Positions 8,188-19,462 are shown, numbered from the stretch's first letter. The stretch is DNA of 64,000 nucleotides from a bacterium (GCA_029945665.1 JAQSCZ010000120.1:1618-65617), one strand, 5' to 3'. Numbers and translations: made by a program. The notes: a model not told the origin generated them from the letters alone.

Positions 8188-10749
8188 CTACTTTACTTCT
8201 AAAGCTTGTTTAACAAGCAATACAATATAATTTCTATGCTCTTTGGTATCACCAGTAGATGTTAACAAGGCCGTTTGCATTTGTTTTTGAATGCTTTGTA
8301 ATTGGGCCGTTATTTTTGCTTTCGAAATATTATCATAAAAAGGATAGTCTAACGCTGCACTTAAATAGCCAATATATTCTATCTGCAAATTCTGACGATA
8401 GGTATTAACAGTGGTGGCCATATCAGCTTGAAAAATAGCGTTGGTTAAGTCTTTCATCATTTCTCCTAACTCATATTTATTGCCATATAGTTTACTATCT
8501 GTTAAACGTTCTAAAGTACTAGGGTGCAATAAATGCATTAGTACCGACCGCTGTATGTTTAACACTCTGTCGTGCAACTTAGGATCTTCACCAGTACTAA
8601 AGAAATTAAAACCTCTTCTTTGTGATTGTAAGTAGGCCGCCAAATCGGTTGGAACTTCTAATGCACTGGGTGCAAAAACAAGGTCAGTCAAGGCTTTCAT
8701 AGCAGCTTTTTGTGTCTCGTATGGAACAACAGTGTAAGGCTTAACTAAACTGTTCTGATTGCTAAAGCTTCTATCAACATATACACCTCCAATATAGCGA
8801 CTAATAACACCTGCTTGCACACCCCACTCACCAGTTAAAACAGCAAAATTGCTTTTTAATTCTTGGAAACTTCTATTGCCCTTGCCATACTCTGTCAACA
8901 AATTCGTTTGCAGGCTTTTTATCAAGGTAATTCTATCTTTTGCATAACCTACAGCATCGTTACTCATATCGCCAATCATTACACGAGGATCAATGGCTTT
9001 ACCTGGACTTCGCATATCATCGGCATCGTTACCAAAAGCCAAATCAGGCTCGGTACTGCGCATTAATATTTTTTCTCTGCGGGACAAATCAGCAGCCGCA
9101 TCACTCTCTTCATAATACCCAAACTCTATGGCCCATAAATCGTAAGGACCTGGCTTATCCGTATAATATTGGCATTTAACACCTTTTTTATTACTGAAAT
9201 TAACGGCAGGATAATCCATGACACTACCAATTAATCCTTCACTACTGGTTTTAGCCATGTCGTATAATTCGGCCGGTGAATGCAATTGGGTTGCTTTCAT
9301 GTTGTGATTTAAACCCAATGTATGACCGACTTCGTGCAAGACTAAATAATACAAAGATTCCTTTAAATAAGTATCAACCTCTACCTGACTAGCGCCATTC
9401 ATGGCCAATATTTGCAACCCTAATAAATTTTGTGAGTGCATGTAATCACCTGCCTCACAGGCTGAGTGATTGCCTTCTGCAATCTCATTGTTCAACCAGT
9501 CCATACCAGCCTTGTCAAATACCTTTTGTGACTTTATACGGTTGGTTAGAAACACCCACTCAAACATAATATCAGCTCCTAAAATCTCACCAGTTCTTGG
9601 ATTCACAAAGCTCGGTCCATAACCACCAAATGGAGGCTCAGGACTACTGGTCCAACGCAATACATTGTATCTTATATCACCAGCATCCCATGTGGCCGTA
9701 TCGGGTTGTTCAAAAATTTGAATTGCATTCTTAAAACCTGCTTTTTCGAACGCGATGTTCCATTGCAGGATAGCTGCTTTAATCGTTGGACGCAATTCAG
9801 TTGGTGTTGTTTTTTCTATCCACCAAGTAATCGGTTTTATAGGCTCAGAAAGCGCTGCATTTTTATCCTTTTTTTCTAATCTCCAACGGTGAATTAAATC
9901 TTTAAAATTAATGGCATTTGTGGTTGTCATATCGTTAACTTGGGTCATAAAATAACCAATGCGCGGATCATCTAAACGCGCTTGAAAAGCATCTGTTGGC
10001 ATTTCTATAAAACTGTGCTGCAACAAAATTTCGACATAACGACCATCGGTAATTGCAGAGCTTCCAGTGCCTTTAGAAGCAGGGTCGTCATAAACATACT
10101 TAACAATAATATCAGTGTTTTCTGGATAATTTTTAACCGTGTGATATCGGGTTTTAGTTCTACTTAACATTCCCAAATTAAAACCAGGACCAAATGGATT
10201 ATTAGATGGTGTTTTTATTTGATACAACGTTTCGCTTAATAATAGATTATCAGCTTCAATGAGGTACTCTCCTTTTGCTTCATCCATTGCAACAATTTTT
10301 TCGCTGGCCATTACTGCATTGGTAATATTAGCATCTGCTGCTTTAGAAATATTATTACTTTTATCGAAATAAAAATTGGTATTTACCGTGGTGAATTCTA
10401 ATTGACTATAATATTTAGAGATTTTAAAAATTTTATTATCGCGGAAAGTCCCTTTGTTATGGCCGGTTGTAGAGTTGCCATTTTCGACATAACTAAAATA
10501 AATAAACTCTTTCTCTAATTGATCTTTTCTAATCAACATCATTAAGTTACCATTTACTGTATCGCGATACAAAGTGAGTAAGCCATCGATTTTTTTACAG
10601 CGTTTTACTTTGTCGGCAATGGTAGCCATTGTTGCTGCTGGTTTCGCCGGCTCGGTGTTGGCTTTATCGTCCTTTTTCTGAGCGAACACACTTGTAAAGG
10701 TGAGCGTGAAAGCTAAAAGAACAAGTAGTTTATTTTTCATTATGCGCAT
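8188..10749 (-). CDS. Exported zinc-dependent metalloprotease (DUF5117/DUF4953, EcxA-like)
   Basis: HEVGHTLGLNHN metzincin motif, SVMDY Met-turn, DPRIGYF, signal peptide. Confidence 0.9.
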   Translation of the reverse strand: MRIMKNKLLVLLAFTLTFTSVFAQKKDDKANTEPAKPAATMATIADKVKRCKKIDGLLTLYRDTVNGNLMMLIRKDQLEKEFIYFSYVENGNSTTGHNKGTFRDNKIFKISKYYSQLEFTTVNTNFYFDKSNNISKAADANITNAVMASEKIVAMDEAKGEYLIEADNLLLSETLYQIKTPSNNPFGPGFNLGMLSRTKTRYHTVKNYPENTDIIVKYVYDDPASKGTGSSAITDGRYVEILLQHSFIEMPTDAFQARLDDPRIGYFMTQVNDMTTTNAINFKDLIHRWRLEKKDKNAALSEPIKPITWWIEKTTPTELRPTIKAAILQWNIAFEKAGFKNAIQIFEQPDTATWDAGDIRYNVLRWTSSPEPPFGGYGPSFVNPRTGEILGADIMFEWVFLTNRIKSQKVFDKAGMDWLNNEIAEGNHSACEAGDYMHSQNLLGLQILAMNGASQVEVDTYLKESLYYLVLHEVGHTLGLNHNMKATQLHSPAELYDMAKTSSEGLIGSVMDYPAVNFSNKKGVKCQYYTDKPGPYDLWAIEFGYYEESDAAADLSRREKILMRSTEPDLAFGNDADDMRSPGKAIDPRVMIGDMSNDAVGYAKDRITLIKSLQTNLLTEYGKGNRSFQELKSNFAVLTGEWGVQAGVISRYIGGVYVDRSFSNQNSLVKPYTVVPYETQKAAMKALTDLVFAPSALEVPTDLAAYLQSQRRGFNFFSTGEDPKLHDRVLNIQRSVLMHLLHPSTLERLTDSKLYGNKYELGEMMKDLTNAIFQADMATTVNTYRQNLQIEYIGYLSAALDYPFYDNISKAKITAQLQSIQKQMQTALLTSTGDTKEHRNYIVLLVKQALEVK

Positions 10750-10844
10750 ATTTTTTATTAAATAGGATGCGCAAAATAATACAAAATGAGAATTAATCGG
10801 GATAAAGACCCAATTAATAGAGACAAAAAAGAAGACTTATTCGA

Positions 10845-11099
10845 CTAAATTATATTTGGCGTATCCTTAAAAACAAAATAAATAAGAATCGCTATTAGGG
10901 TAATACCGAGCATGGCCAAAGGTACAAGCCATGTTTTCTTATTCCCATAAATAATGGCCAAACCGGCGTATATAAGTAACAGTGGCCAAAATTTAAACAA
11001 AATATCCCAATCCAAATTTAATAAATCAAAATTGCGCAGCAATAGCAAGGCTCCTAATAGTGTAAGAATTAATCCAGCAGTAAAATTTTGATTTTTCAT
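10845..11099 (-). CDS. LiaF/LiaI-like small membrane protein
   Basis: GLILTLLGALLLL..F...WPLLLI pattern; overlaps the PspC gene by 4 nt. Confidence 0.75.
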   Translation of the reverse strand: MKNQNFTAGLILTLLGALLLLRNFDLLNLDWDILFKFWPLLLIYAGLAIIYGNKKTWLVPLAMLGITLIAILIYFVFKDTPNII

Positions 11100-11548
11100 G
11101 AGATATTATCTTTGTTTTTTTTATTTTTTTGAAAAAGCAGTCCCAAACCAATAATTACCAAAACCACAGGCCAAAGCTTTTCAATATTGAAAGCTTTTAC
11201 CAAATTATTTAGTAACAAAAGTGCACCACCACTGATAAGAATCAAACCAAAGATTGTGCGATTGGTATCATCTGTTCCATTACTAGCCAAATCTGCCTGT
11301 TGAAAGGCATCAAAACTGTTCTCACGCGTTTGTTCGGAATGCGACTCACGTGTATCAAACTCAAAGGGCACTTTGGGTATAACAACTAGAAAAATTAAAT
11401 AAATGAAAAAACTACTACCCCCTGCTAACAGTAGGGCAATAAATACGAATCGAAATACAATGGGATCAATATTAAAATATTCGCCCAAACCTCCGCACAC
11501 CCCACTTATTACGCGGTGAATCCTGCTTCTGTAGAGTTTCTTATTCAT
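11096..11548 (-). CDS. PspC domain protein
   Basis: KKLYRSR..RVISGVCGGLGEYFNIDP. Confidence 0.9.
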   Translation of the reverse strand: MNKKLYRSRIHRVISGVCGGLGEYFNIDPIVFRFVFIALLLAGGSSFFIYLIFLVVIPKVPFEFDTRESHSEQTRENSFDAFQQADLASNGTDDTNRTIFGLILISGGALLLLNNLVKAFNIEKLWPVVLVIIGLGLLFQKNKKNKDNIS

Positions 11549-11613
11549 TTTATCTTTACAAACTTATATAAGTTTTTTGTTGTTACATACTTTTTAGAAT
11601 TATTTTTGCCGAT

Positions 11614-13305
11614 ATGTTAAAGCAAATCATCGAATGTGTGCCGAATTTCAGTGAAGGCAATGACCCCAATATTATCAAACAAATTACAAATGCAATTGAA
11701 AGCGTTGAAGGTGTTATGCTTTTACATGTTGATATGGGAAAGGCTACTAACAGAACAGTTGTAACCTTTGCAGGAGAGCCCCAAAAAGTAATAAACGCTG
11801 CATTTTTAGGTATACAAAAAGCCGCAGAATTGATTGACATGCGCAAGCACAAAGGCGAGCATCCGAGAATGGGTGCTACAGATGTTTGTCCACTGGTACC
11901 TGTCAGCGGAATAAATATGGCTGAATGTGTGGCTTGGGCGATAAAATTAGCTGAGCGTGTAGGTAAAGAATTGGCCATTCCCGTATACCTTTACGAAGAG
12001 GCTCAAATCAATAAAGTCCGTTCAAATTTATCTATTATTAGAGCTGGAGAATATGAAGGATTTGCAAAAAAAATAACCTTACCTGAATGGCAACCTGACT
12101 TTGGTCCTGCCGAACTTCCTTTAAAACATGGAGCAACAGTGATTGGTGCTAGAGATTTTTTAATTGCATACAATATCAATCTCAATACCAAATCGACACG
12201 TATTGCCAATCGCATAGCATTTGATGTGCGAGAAGCCGGCCGTGTAAAACGCGAGGGCAATCCCATAACAGGTAAAATTGTAAAAGATGCAAATGGCGAA
12301 GAAGTAAGAATACCAGGCACTTTAAAAGCAGTAAAAGCCATTGGTTGGTACATTGAAGAATATGGCATGGCGCAAATAAGCATGAACCTTACCAATTACA
12401 AAATAACATCAGTGCACCAAGCATTTGATGAGGTATGTAACAAAGGCAATGAAAGAGGGGTGCGCATTACAGGCAGTGAATTGGTTGGATTGGTTCCATT
12501 AGGGCCATTGCTTGATGCCGGAAGATATTACTTAAACAAGCAAGGCAGAAGCACTGGTGTTAGTGAATCCGAACTAATAGACATTGCTATACAATCTTTG
12601 GGTCTTAATCAGCTTGGTGCGTTTAATCCAAAAGAAAGAATCATTGAATACGTGCTAGAGAAAAAATCAAACAAGCAATTGGTGGACATGAGCATAAGAG
12701 CATTTGCCAACGAAACAGCAAGCGAAAGTGCTGCGCCTGGCGGTGGCTCTGTGAGCGCTTTATCGGCTGCATTAGGCGTTAGTTTGGGTACTATGGTGGC
12801 CAATTTAAGTGCTGATAAAAGAGGTTGGGAAGAAAGAACAAAAGAATTTTCTGATTGGGCTGAGCAAGGTCAAAGTTTAAAAGATGAATTATTATTCTTA
12901 ATAGATGAAGATACCAATTCATTTAATGCGATTATGAATGCTTTGCAATTACCAAAAGAAACCGAAGCGGAAAAAGATTTTAGAAAAACGGCCTTGGAAA
13001 ATGCCTCTATTTATGCCACCGAGGTGCCACTTAGAACCATGAAAGTAGCATTCAAATGTATCCCACTACTTAAATACATGGTAGAGAATGGCAACCCCAA
13101 TAGTGTGACAGATGCTGCGGTTGGCTTATTATGTATTAAAACAGCGGTACGAGGCGCATATTTTAATGTAATGGTGAATGCCAAAGGATTGAGCACAACA
13201 GATAAAGCCAAAGAATTAGCATCCGAGGCTAAAAGTATTTTGAAACAAAATCATACTGAAATTGATAGTATACTTGATAAAGTAGAGTCGACCTTAGCGT
13301 TTTAA
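11614..13305 (+). CDS. ftcD: Glutamate formiminotransferase / formiminotetrahydrofolate cyclodeaminase
   Basis: IECVPNFSEG, HPRMGATDVCP; C-terminal SAAPGGGSVSA cyclodeaminase domain. Confidence 0.95.
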   Translation: MLKQIIECVPNFSEGNDPNIIKQITNAIESVEGVMLLHVDMGKATNRTVVTFAGEPQKVINAAFLGIQKAAELIDMRKHKGEHPRMGATDVCPLVPVSGINMAECVAWAIKLAERVGKELAIPVYLYEEAQINKVRSNLSIIRAGEYEGFAKKITLPEWQPDFGPAELPLKHGATVIGARDFLIAYNINLNTKSTRIANRIAFDVREAGRVKREGNPITGKIVKDANGEEVRIPGTLKAVKAIGWYIEEYGMAQISMNLTNYKITSVHQAFDEVCNKGNERGVRITGSELVGLVPLGPLLDAGRYYLNKQGRSTGVSESELIDIAIQSLGLNQLGAFNPKERIIEYVLEKKSNKQLVDMSIRAFANETASESAAPGGGSVSALSAALGVSLGTMVANLSADKRGWEERTKEFSDWAEQGQSLKDELLFLIDEDTNSFNAIMNALQLPKETEAEKDFRKTALENASIYATEVPLRTMKVAFKCIPLLKYMVENGNPNSVTDAAVGLLCIKTAVRGAYFNVMVNAKGLSTTDKAKELASEAKSILKQNHTEIDSILDKVESTLAF

Positions 13306-13421
13306 CGCATAGCAACCAGCAGATTTGCACTATCATTTTTCTCTATAGCAGCATCCACTTGCCTTCCATAAATATACGCTATTTTTAATTTATCACTGAT
13401 TATATTTGCAGACTTTTAGTA

Positions 13422-15167
13422 ATGCAAATTCTTTTTAAATACTTACGATTTAATATCAAATACGTAATCTTGGCATTGTTCCTTGCCACTATTAACCAAT
13501 GTTTCTCCTTAATAGACCCTCAAATTGTTGGAAGAATTGTAGATGAAATCATCAATAAAAAAGGAGAGTTAACTCAAAAACAATATTTCAATCACGCATT
13601 ATTCTTGGTTGGATTATCAATTGGTGTCTCGATGGTTTCACGCATAGCTAAAAATTTTCAAGATTACTATACCAATGTAATTGTTCAGAAACTTGGTGCA
13701 CAAATTTTTGCTGATGGACTAAAACATTCACTTGAATTGCCATTTCAAACTTTCGAAGATCAACGCAGTGGCGAAACCCTATCAATTCTACAAAAAGTGA
13801 GAACAGACTCTGAACGATTGATAACCTCATTTGTAGGTATCTTATTTACTTCAGTTGTCGGCATTGTGTTTGTTATGATATTTACATTTAGTGTAAGTGT
13901 TAAAGTTAGTTTTGTATATATCGGTGCAATTATTTTTATCGGTTTTATCAGTTCAGTATTGAGCAAAAAAATAAAATCGATGCAGAAAAAAATTGTTGGC
14001 GAAACCACTGCACTAGCAGGCAGCACAACAGAAAGTTTACGCAATATAGAATTGGTTAAAAGTTTGGGATTGGCCAATCAGGAGATAGAGCGTCTAAATA
14101 ACACAACTTATAAAATTCTGGGATTAGAACTTAGAAAAGTAAAATACATACGAAGTCTAAATTTTTTACAAGGTACTGCGGTGCAACTAACGAGGAGCGT
14201 AATGATTGTTATTTTATTGCTTTTAATTTTCCAAAATGCATTAACACCTGGCCAATATTTTACCTTCCTTTTTTATTCGTTCTTCTTATTCAATCCATTG
14301 CAAGAATTGGGTAATATCATCCTTATTCACAGAGAGGCGGAGGTATCCTTAGATAACTTTAAACGGTTGATGGATACTCCAATTGAATTCAAGCCTTCTA
14401 GGCCTCAGGTATTGAACGACTTAGAGAATTTTGAGTTTCAGAATGTTACCTTTCAGCATCAAAGCGCGAATACACCTGCACTTGTCGATATTAATTTCAA
14501 AATTAATAAGGGCGAGACCATTGCATTTGTTGGGCCGTCTGGTTCCGGTAAAACCACATTGGTAAAATTATTAGTTGGCTTATATCAGCCAAAGGAAGGT
14601 AAATTACTATACGACAATATAGATGGCAAAGACATTGATTTAGACGAATTGAGAGAGCAAATTGGTTTTGTAACACAAGACACTCAATTATTTTCTGGCA
14701 CCATTAAAGAAAATTTATTATTCGTAAATCCTAAGGCGACAGATGAGGATATATTAGATGTGTTGCGCAAAGCTAGCTGTCAGAAACTGTTAGATAGGGC
14801 TGAGAATGGTATTAATTCTATGATTGGCGAAGGCGGTGTAAAAGTGAGTGGTGGCGAAAAGCAAAGACTCTCAATTGCGCGGGCTTTGTTGCGTAAACCA
14901 AATCTATTGGTATTCGATGAGGCCACTTCTGCTTTAGATAGTATAACAGAAGAGGAAATTTCTCAAACAATAAGAGAAATCAATCTTGACAAAAAGGCCA
15001 TTACAATTATGATTGCCCATAGATTGAGCACCATTATGTATGCTGATAAAATATATGTTTTGGAGCATGGCCGTATCATTGAATCGGGTAAACACCAGGA
15101 TTTATTGAATGAAAAAGGACTCTATTACGCCATGTGGAGACAACAAATTGGCGAAAGAAAAATATAA
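13422..15167 (+). CDS. ABC exporter, fused permease/ATPase
   Basis: GPSGSGKT, VSGGEKQR, LVFDEATS; N-terminal TMD; TATATTTG at 13401-13408. Confidence 0.93.
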   Translation: MQILFKYLRFNIKYVILALFLATINQCFSLIDPQIVGRIVDEIINKKGELTQKQYFNHALFLVGLSIGVSMVSRIAKNFQDYYTNVIVQKLGAQIFADGLKHSLELPFQTFEDQRSGETLSILQKVRTDSERLITSFVGILFTSVVGIVFVMIFTFSVSVKVSFVYIGAIIFIGFISSVLSKKIKSMQKKIVGETTALAGSTTESLRNIELVKSLGLANQEIERLNNTTYKILGLELRKVKYIRSLNFLQGTAVQLTRSVMIVILLLLIFQNALTPGQYFTFLFYSFFLFNPLQELGNIILIHREAEVSLDNFKRLMDTPIEFKPSRPQVLNDLENFEFQNVTFQHQSANTPALVDINFKINKGETIAFVGPSGSGKTTLVKLLVGLYQPKEGKLLYDNIDGKDIDLDELREQIGFVTQDTQLFSGTIKENLLFVNPKATDEDILDVLRKASCQKLLDRAENGINSMIGEGGVKVSGGEKQRLSIARALLRKPNLLVFDEATSALDSITEEEISQTIREINLDKKAITIMIAHRLSTIMYADKIYVLEHGRIIESGKHQDLLNEKGLYYAMWRQQIGERKI

Positions 15168-15200
15168 CTAGGCTTGCCTAAAAACTATAAAAAAGTCAAT

Positions 15201-15239
15201 AAAAAACCTCCTAATTAAATTAATTAGGAGGTTTTTTTT
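15201..15239. terminator. Bidirectional intrinsic terminator
   Basis: AAAAAACCTCCTAATTA-aat-TAATTAGGAGGTTTTTTTT between convergent genes. Confidence 0.88.
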
Positions 15240-15255
15240 AATAGACTACTTTGAA

Positions 15256-15744
15256 TTATTTGTAAACAGTAATGCTGGTGCCCATTGGTATAATTTGACC
15301 TTTGTGAATATAGGTTACTTGATCAACACTTACGTTTGGATCGTCCTTGTGGCACTCACTTGTTGAATTGACTTTAGACTTTCTAACTACAAAATCAGAA
15401 AGGGTATCAGCACCTGTATCCCATTTAAAAATCAGGGTGCTGTTATCAAAATAACTGCCATAACTATCATAAGTACCGCTCTGCGCTCTGTCGGTAATAT
15501 GCTCTTTATCGCTTTGTGATGAATAAGCCCATAATATTTTTTCTAAACGAAAATTATCAACTTGTGAAAGATTGGCATTGTTAATTCTTGTAACTTGAAT
15601 ACCATCTATTTCTTGTGGTGCAAATCCAATAAAAGTAATTGGAATGAAAACAGATTCACCTTGTTGCACTGTTCCATCACAAGGTTTATTTTTCTTGCAA
15701 CCATAAAATAAGAAAAGCATTGAAAACAGGAATACCATTTTCAT
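15256..15744 (-). CDS. Hypothetical lipoprotein (the ORF extends upstream to 15804)
   Basis: MKMVFLFSMLFLFYG-C lipobox starting at 15744. Confidence 0.7.
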   Translation of the reverse strand: MKMVFLFSMLFLFYGCKKNKPCDGTVQQGESVFIPITFIGFAPQEIDGIQVTRINNANLSQVDNFRLEKILWAYSSQSDKEHITDRAQSGTYDSYGSYFDNSTLIFKWDTGADTLSDFVVRKSKVNSTSECHKDDPNVSVDQVTYIHKGQIIPMGTSITVYK

Positions 15745-15838
15745 ACCTGTGTAAGTTTTAGATTTTGTTGATCCGCTTATTGCAGAAAACTTTGTTTCGC
15801 TCATAGTGTTATTATTGTGAGTATTGATTGATTTTTAA

Positions 15839-16402
15839 TTATTCGGCTTCTGCTTCAACAGCTTCTACCTGGGGTACCATTCGTTTAAGTAAATTCTCGA
15901 TGCCAGATTTTAAAGTCATTGTAGATGAAGGACAGCCACTGCAGCTTCCTTTCATAACAACTGTTACTACACCATCTTTAAAGGACTTAAAAGTAATTGC
16001 ACCACCATCCATTTCAACAGCTGGCTTTACATGATCGTCTAAAAGTTTCTTTATTTTGGCTTCAATTTCGTTTTCTTCTTCGTTTGTCAGTGACTTATTT
16101 AAAGTGATGATTTCTTGTCCACTTTCAAGGTAAGATTTTATAAACTCGCGCATTGGAGTAATATAATCCGACCATGCAACATCAGGTAATTTGGTTATTG
16201 AAACAAAATTATTCATTATAAAAACACCATTCGCAAATGGATATTCTTTAAAAATGGCAACTGCAAGCGGAGAATTGCCTTCAGCTTTCTCTAAGGTGCG
16301 GTAATCAGCACTGTCATTTGGCATAATCATTTTGCTAACAACAAACTTCATACTGTCCGGATTAGGGGTGGCCTCGGCATATATGGTGATAAAATCGCTC
16401 AT
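15839..16402 (-). CDS. NifU/NfuA-family Fe-S carrier
   Basis: EATPNPDSMKF N-domain; GSCSGCPSS. Confidence 0.93.
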   Translation of the reverse strand: MSDFITIYAEATPNPDSMKFVVSKMIMPNDSADYRTLEKAEGNSPLAVAIFKEYPFANGVFIMNNFVSITKLPDVAWSDYITPMREFIKSYLESGQEIITLNKSLTNEEENEIEAKIKKLLDDHVKPAVEMDGGAITFKSFKDGVVTVVMKGSCSGCPSSTMTLKSGIENLLKRMVPQVEAVEAEAE

Positions 16403-16484
16403 CTCTTTCTTAATTATTCTAACTGCAAAAATAACAGGTATTTTCCTAATATTGTTATCATTACGCTCTATGTTGATATTATTT

Positions 16485-17324
16485 TTACCACAGCAAGGCC
16501 AAAGCGCTTGTTGACTGTCCTATTTTCAATAATTCCTTTGCTGCCTGAAACTTATCTTTAGAAACAAATTCAGCTTTAACGGACACTTGCTCTTCCATAC
16601 TTGGCAAATGTTCAACACTACCCAACATTCCCAATTCATTGCCATTTAATAATTCGCTTAAACGAATATGTTTTGGCAAGGCATCAACACCAATACCAAT
16701 AGTAGTTAAAGGCTTAGCCACTTCGAAAAGCGCATCGCCATGGGCTCTGCAATACCAATTACCACCCATTCTCGCAACTAAATCAATTTTTTGTTGATCG
16801 ATAGCACCAAATTCATTAATGAAATCCTCATTAATATGCATTTTCACCACTTCACAAATAATAAGATTGCCCGCGCCACCGCCTTCTCCTAATTCCATCA
16901 CTTGTTTTACAACACATTCCATTTGAACAGGACTTTCTTTGACCCTAGCAGGTTTAATTAAATCTGAATCGACTGCTGTAAATCCTGATTTTATAAATTC
17001 ATCGACCCCTTTTTCATAAGGCGAACTTGCTAAACTCATCTGTTGCACCATTTCGTAAGTTACCACATTGATAACGACTTCGGGCACTTCTTTAACATTC
17101 TCATAGGTATGCTTATTGGCCCCTGTTCTGCCACTTTTGGCTGGCGAAAAAACAGCAATCGGTGGATTCGCACTAAAGACATTGAAAAAACTAAAAGGCG
17201 CTAAATTTCTAATGCCGTTCTTATCAATGGTACTGGCAAAACAAATTGGTCGCGGACCTACACTGCCCAATAAATATTGGTGAATCTGTTGAACGGAGAC
17301 CTCGGAAGGAAGAATAGATAACAT
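16485..17324 (-). CDS. Flavin reductase-like (DIM6/NTAB) protein
   Basis: PRPICFAST, NLAPFSFFN, ARMGGNWY. Confidence 0.88.
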   Translation of the reverse strand: MLSILPSEVSVQQIHQYLLGSVGPRPICFASTIDKNGIRNLAPFSFFNVFSANPPIAVFSPAKSGRTGANKHTYENVKEVPEVVINVVTYEMVQQMSLASSPYEKGVDEFIKSGFTAVDSDLIKPARVKESPVQMECVVKQVMELGEGGGAGNLIICEVVKMHINEDFINEFGAIDQQKIDLVARMGGNWYCRAHGDALFEVAKPLTTIGIGVDALPKHIRLSELLNGNELGMLGSVEHLPSMEEQVSVKAEFVSKDKFQAAKELLKIGQSTSALALLW

Positions 17325-17382
17325 GTTACAAAAGTAAATATTTAAACCTTATTTACTCAAGAATACAGTACTCTATAAAATT

Positions 17383-18105
17383 TTATTTAATATGCATCCG
17401 CTGAGCAAAGGCATCTTTGTAATTTTTTCCCAATGGAATGCTTTTGTTGCCTATTTGAACTTCGTGCGCTCCTATTGATTTTACCTTGTCTGTGGACACA
17501 ATATAACTTCTATGTACACGTGCAAACTTATCTGCTGGCAAACTATTTTCCATGTTTTTCATGGTTTGAAGGGTTACAATACGTTTATCTTCTGAGGTAT
17601 ATATTTTTACATAATCAGCAAAAGCTTCGACATACCAGATATCTTCATAGTTAATCTTTACCATCTTAGAATCTGCCTTCACAAACATATGACCTACATT
17701 CATCTCAGCATGGGGTTGATCCGCATTGTTTTTAAATGTAAAATATTCTTCAGCTCTATCTACAGATTTTTTAAATCTGTCGTATGAAACTGGTTTCAAT
17801 AAATAATCGAGTGCATCTAGGGTAAAAGCGTCCACCGCATATTCAGCATAAGCAGTAGTAAATACAACCAATATTCCACTGTTCTGCAAAGTTTTCATAA
17901 AGTCGATGCCACTAATTTCGGGCATGTGAATATCGCAGAAAATCAAATCTGGTTTTTCGTGCTGTATGGCCTCTGCCGCCTCGATGGCGTTGGCGCATTT
18001 GGCAATTAATTTTAAATTAGGCGTTTTTTTAACGTGTGCTTCGATGATTTCTAGTGCGAGTGGCTCGTCATCAACAGCAAGGCATTTTAAGATGGTATTA
18101 TTCAT
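17383..18105 (-). CDS. LytTR-family response regulator
   Basis: VDDEPLA, DIHMP, DYLLKP; FARVHRSYIV. Confidence 0.95.
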   Translation of the reverse strand: MNNTILKCLAVDDEPLALEIIEAHVKKTPNLKLIAKCANAIEAAEAIQHEKPDLIFCDIHMPEISGIDFMKTLQNSGILVVFTTAYAEYAVDAFTLDALDYLLKPVSYDRFKKSVDRAEEYFTFKNNADQPHAEMNVGHMFVKADSKMVKINYEDIWYVEAFADYVKIYTSEDKRIVTLQTMKNMENSLPADKFARVHRSYIVSTDKVKSIGAHEVQIGNKSIPLGKNYKDAFAQRMHIK

Positions 18106-19157
18106 GTGGTTTGTAATATTAAAGTGATTGTATAGGTTTCTAATTCATCAGCGATTTTAAGCTGATGTTTGCCTGGGTACAAAATATTCAGACGGGTTTG
18201 CACATTTTTCAGACCAATTCCACCAACTTTATTCTTTTCGAGGTTATTTAGGGAGCGTGGCTTGTTATTGGAAACTGAAAAGACAATTGTTTTTGCCAAA
18301 TCATCGATACTGTACATAATATCAATAAACGACTGACCAAGGGTGGGATTTGCGCCATGTTTAAAGGCGTTTTCTATAAAGTTAATGAATAGAAATGGTT
18401 CTATCATTTTACCAATGGTGCTGCCATATACATGGAGCTGAATATTGGTTCTATCACCCAATCTAAATTTTTCTAACTCAATATAATCCCGCACAAACTG
18501 AATATCATCCTCCATTGGCACCTTTTGTTTTTGACTATCATACAAGCCAAAGCGCAGAATATTCGACAACTTCAGCACCGCTTCTGGCGCCAAGTCAGAA
18601 CCCTTGAGGGTTAAAGCATATAAATTGTTGAGATTATTAAATAAGAAATGTGGATTGATTTGTGATTTCAGAAACTTTAATTCATTCTCAATATTCAACT
18701 TTTGCAAGTCCTTATTAGATTGCTCTTTCAAATACCAGTTTCTAAATATTTTGATGGAAGTGGTTAGTAATACTGTAAAAAGTATAAACAAGAAATTGGT
18801 AACAAAAAAACTAATACTCCAAATTGAATTTATACTATCATCCATTAAGGGCAAGTATCTGTAGGTAGAGACCGCTAAAGGAAAACAAACAAGCAATATT
18901 GACAACGATAGACTTAGCAGAAAAGTGATGTATTTCCGTTTAAAAAGAAACCATTCTATCAAATAATAATTATTGAAATAAGAAACAACAATGTGAAAGA
19001 AAATAAAGATAGTTGCATTCAAATAATCTTGTTTCCATGAAATTCCGGAGCGCAAGATGAACGACCAAAAGGAAATATAGAGTAGCCAAAATAAAAGATG
19101 GTAAATCTTATACCTAGTTATGACAGAAATCAATTCAGAAAAAAAACGATTGACCAC
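18102..19157 (-). CDS. LytS-type sensor histidine kinase
   Basis: LKSQINPHFLFNNLN, IENAFKHG, GIGLKNV. Confidence 0.95.
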   Translation of the reverse strand: MVNRFFSELISVITRYKIYHLLFWLLYISFWSFILRSGISWKQDYLNATIFIFFHIVVSYFNNYYLIEWFLFKRKYITFLLSLSLSILLVCFPLAVSTYRYLPLMDDSINSIWSISFFVTNFLFILFTVLLTTSIKIFRNWYLKEQSNKDLQKLNIENELKFLKSQINPHFLFNNLNNLYALTLKGSDLAPEAVLKLSNILRFGLYDSQKQKVPMEDDIQFVRDYIELEKFRLGDRTNIQLHVYGSTIGKMIEPFLFINFIENAFKHGANPTLGQSFIDIMYSIDDLAKTIVFSVSNNKPRSLNNLEKNKVGGIGLKNVQTRLNILYPGKHQLKIADELETYTITLILQTT

Positions 19158-19161
19158 TTGA

Positions 19162-19383
19162 TTAAGGGTTTTTAAAGAATCTTAAAATATCGCGGGCCCA
19201 ATCTATAATTTTATTCCCACTACCCAAATAATTCGCGCCTGTCAATACCTCTTCTGTTGTGCTTGGATTTACTTGTTTGAAATATTGATTAGACATTTGA
19301 TACGAAATTACATTTGCCAGAACCAAAAGCATGACTAAACTCCATGAAAACCATTTTTTTTGCGGTAAATCTCCAATTTTCAT
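19162..19383 (-). CDS. Small membrane protein upstream of the kinase
   Basis: 73 aa with one TM helix; 4 nt gap to the kinase gene. Confidence 0.6.
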   Translation of the reverse strand: MKIGDLPQKKWFSWSLVMLLVLANVISYQMSNQYFKQVNPSTTEEVLTGANYLGSGNKIIDWARDILRFFKNP

Positions 19384-19462
19384 TTATACTTTCTTGTTAA
19401 ACCTACTTTCAAATTAATAAGTGCCTGTCTATTTTAGTTATTCAAAAGTAACACCCATTTTT

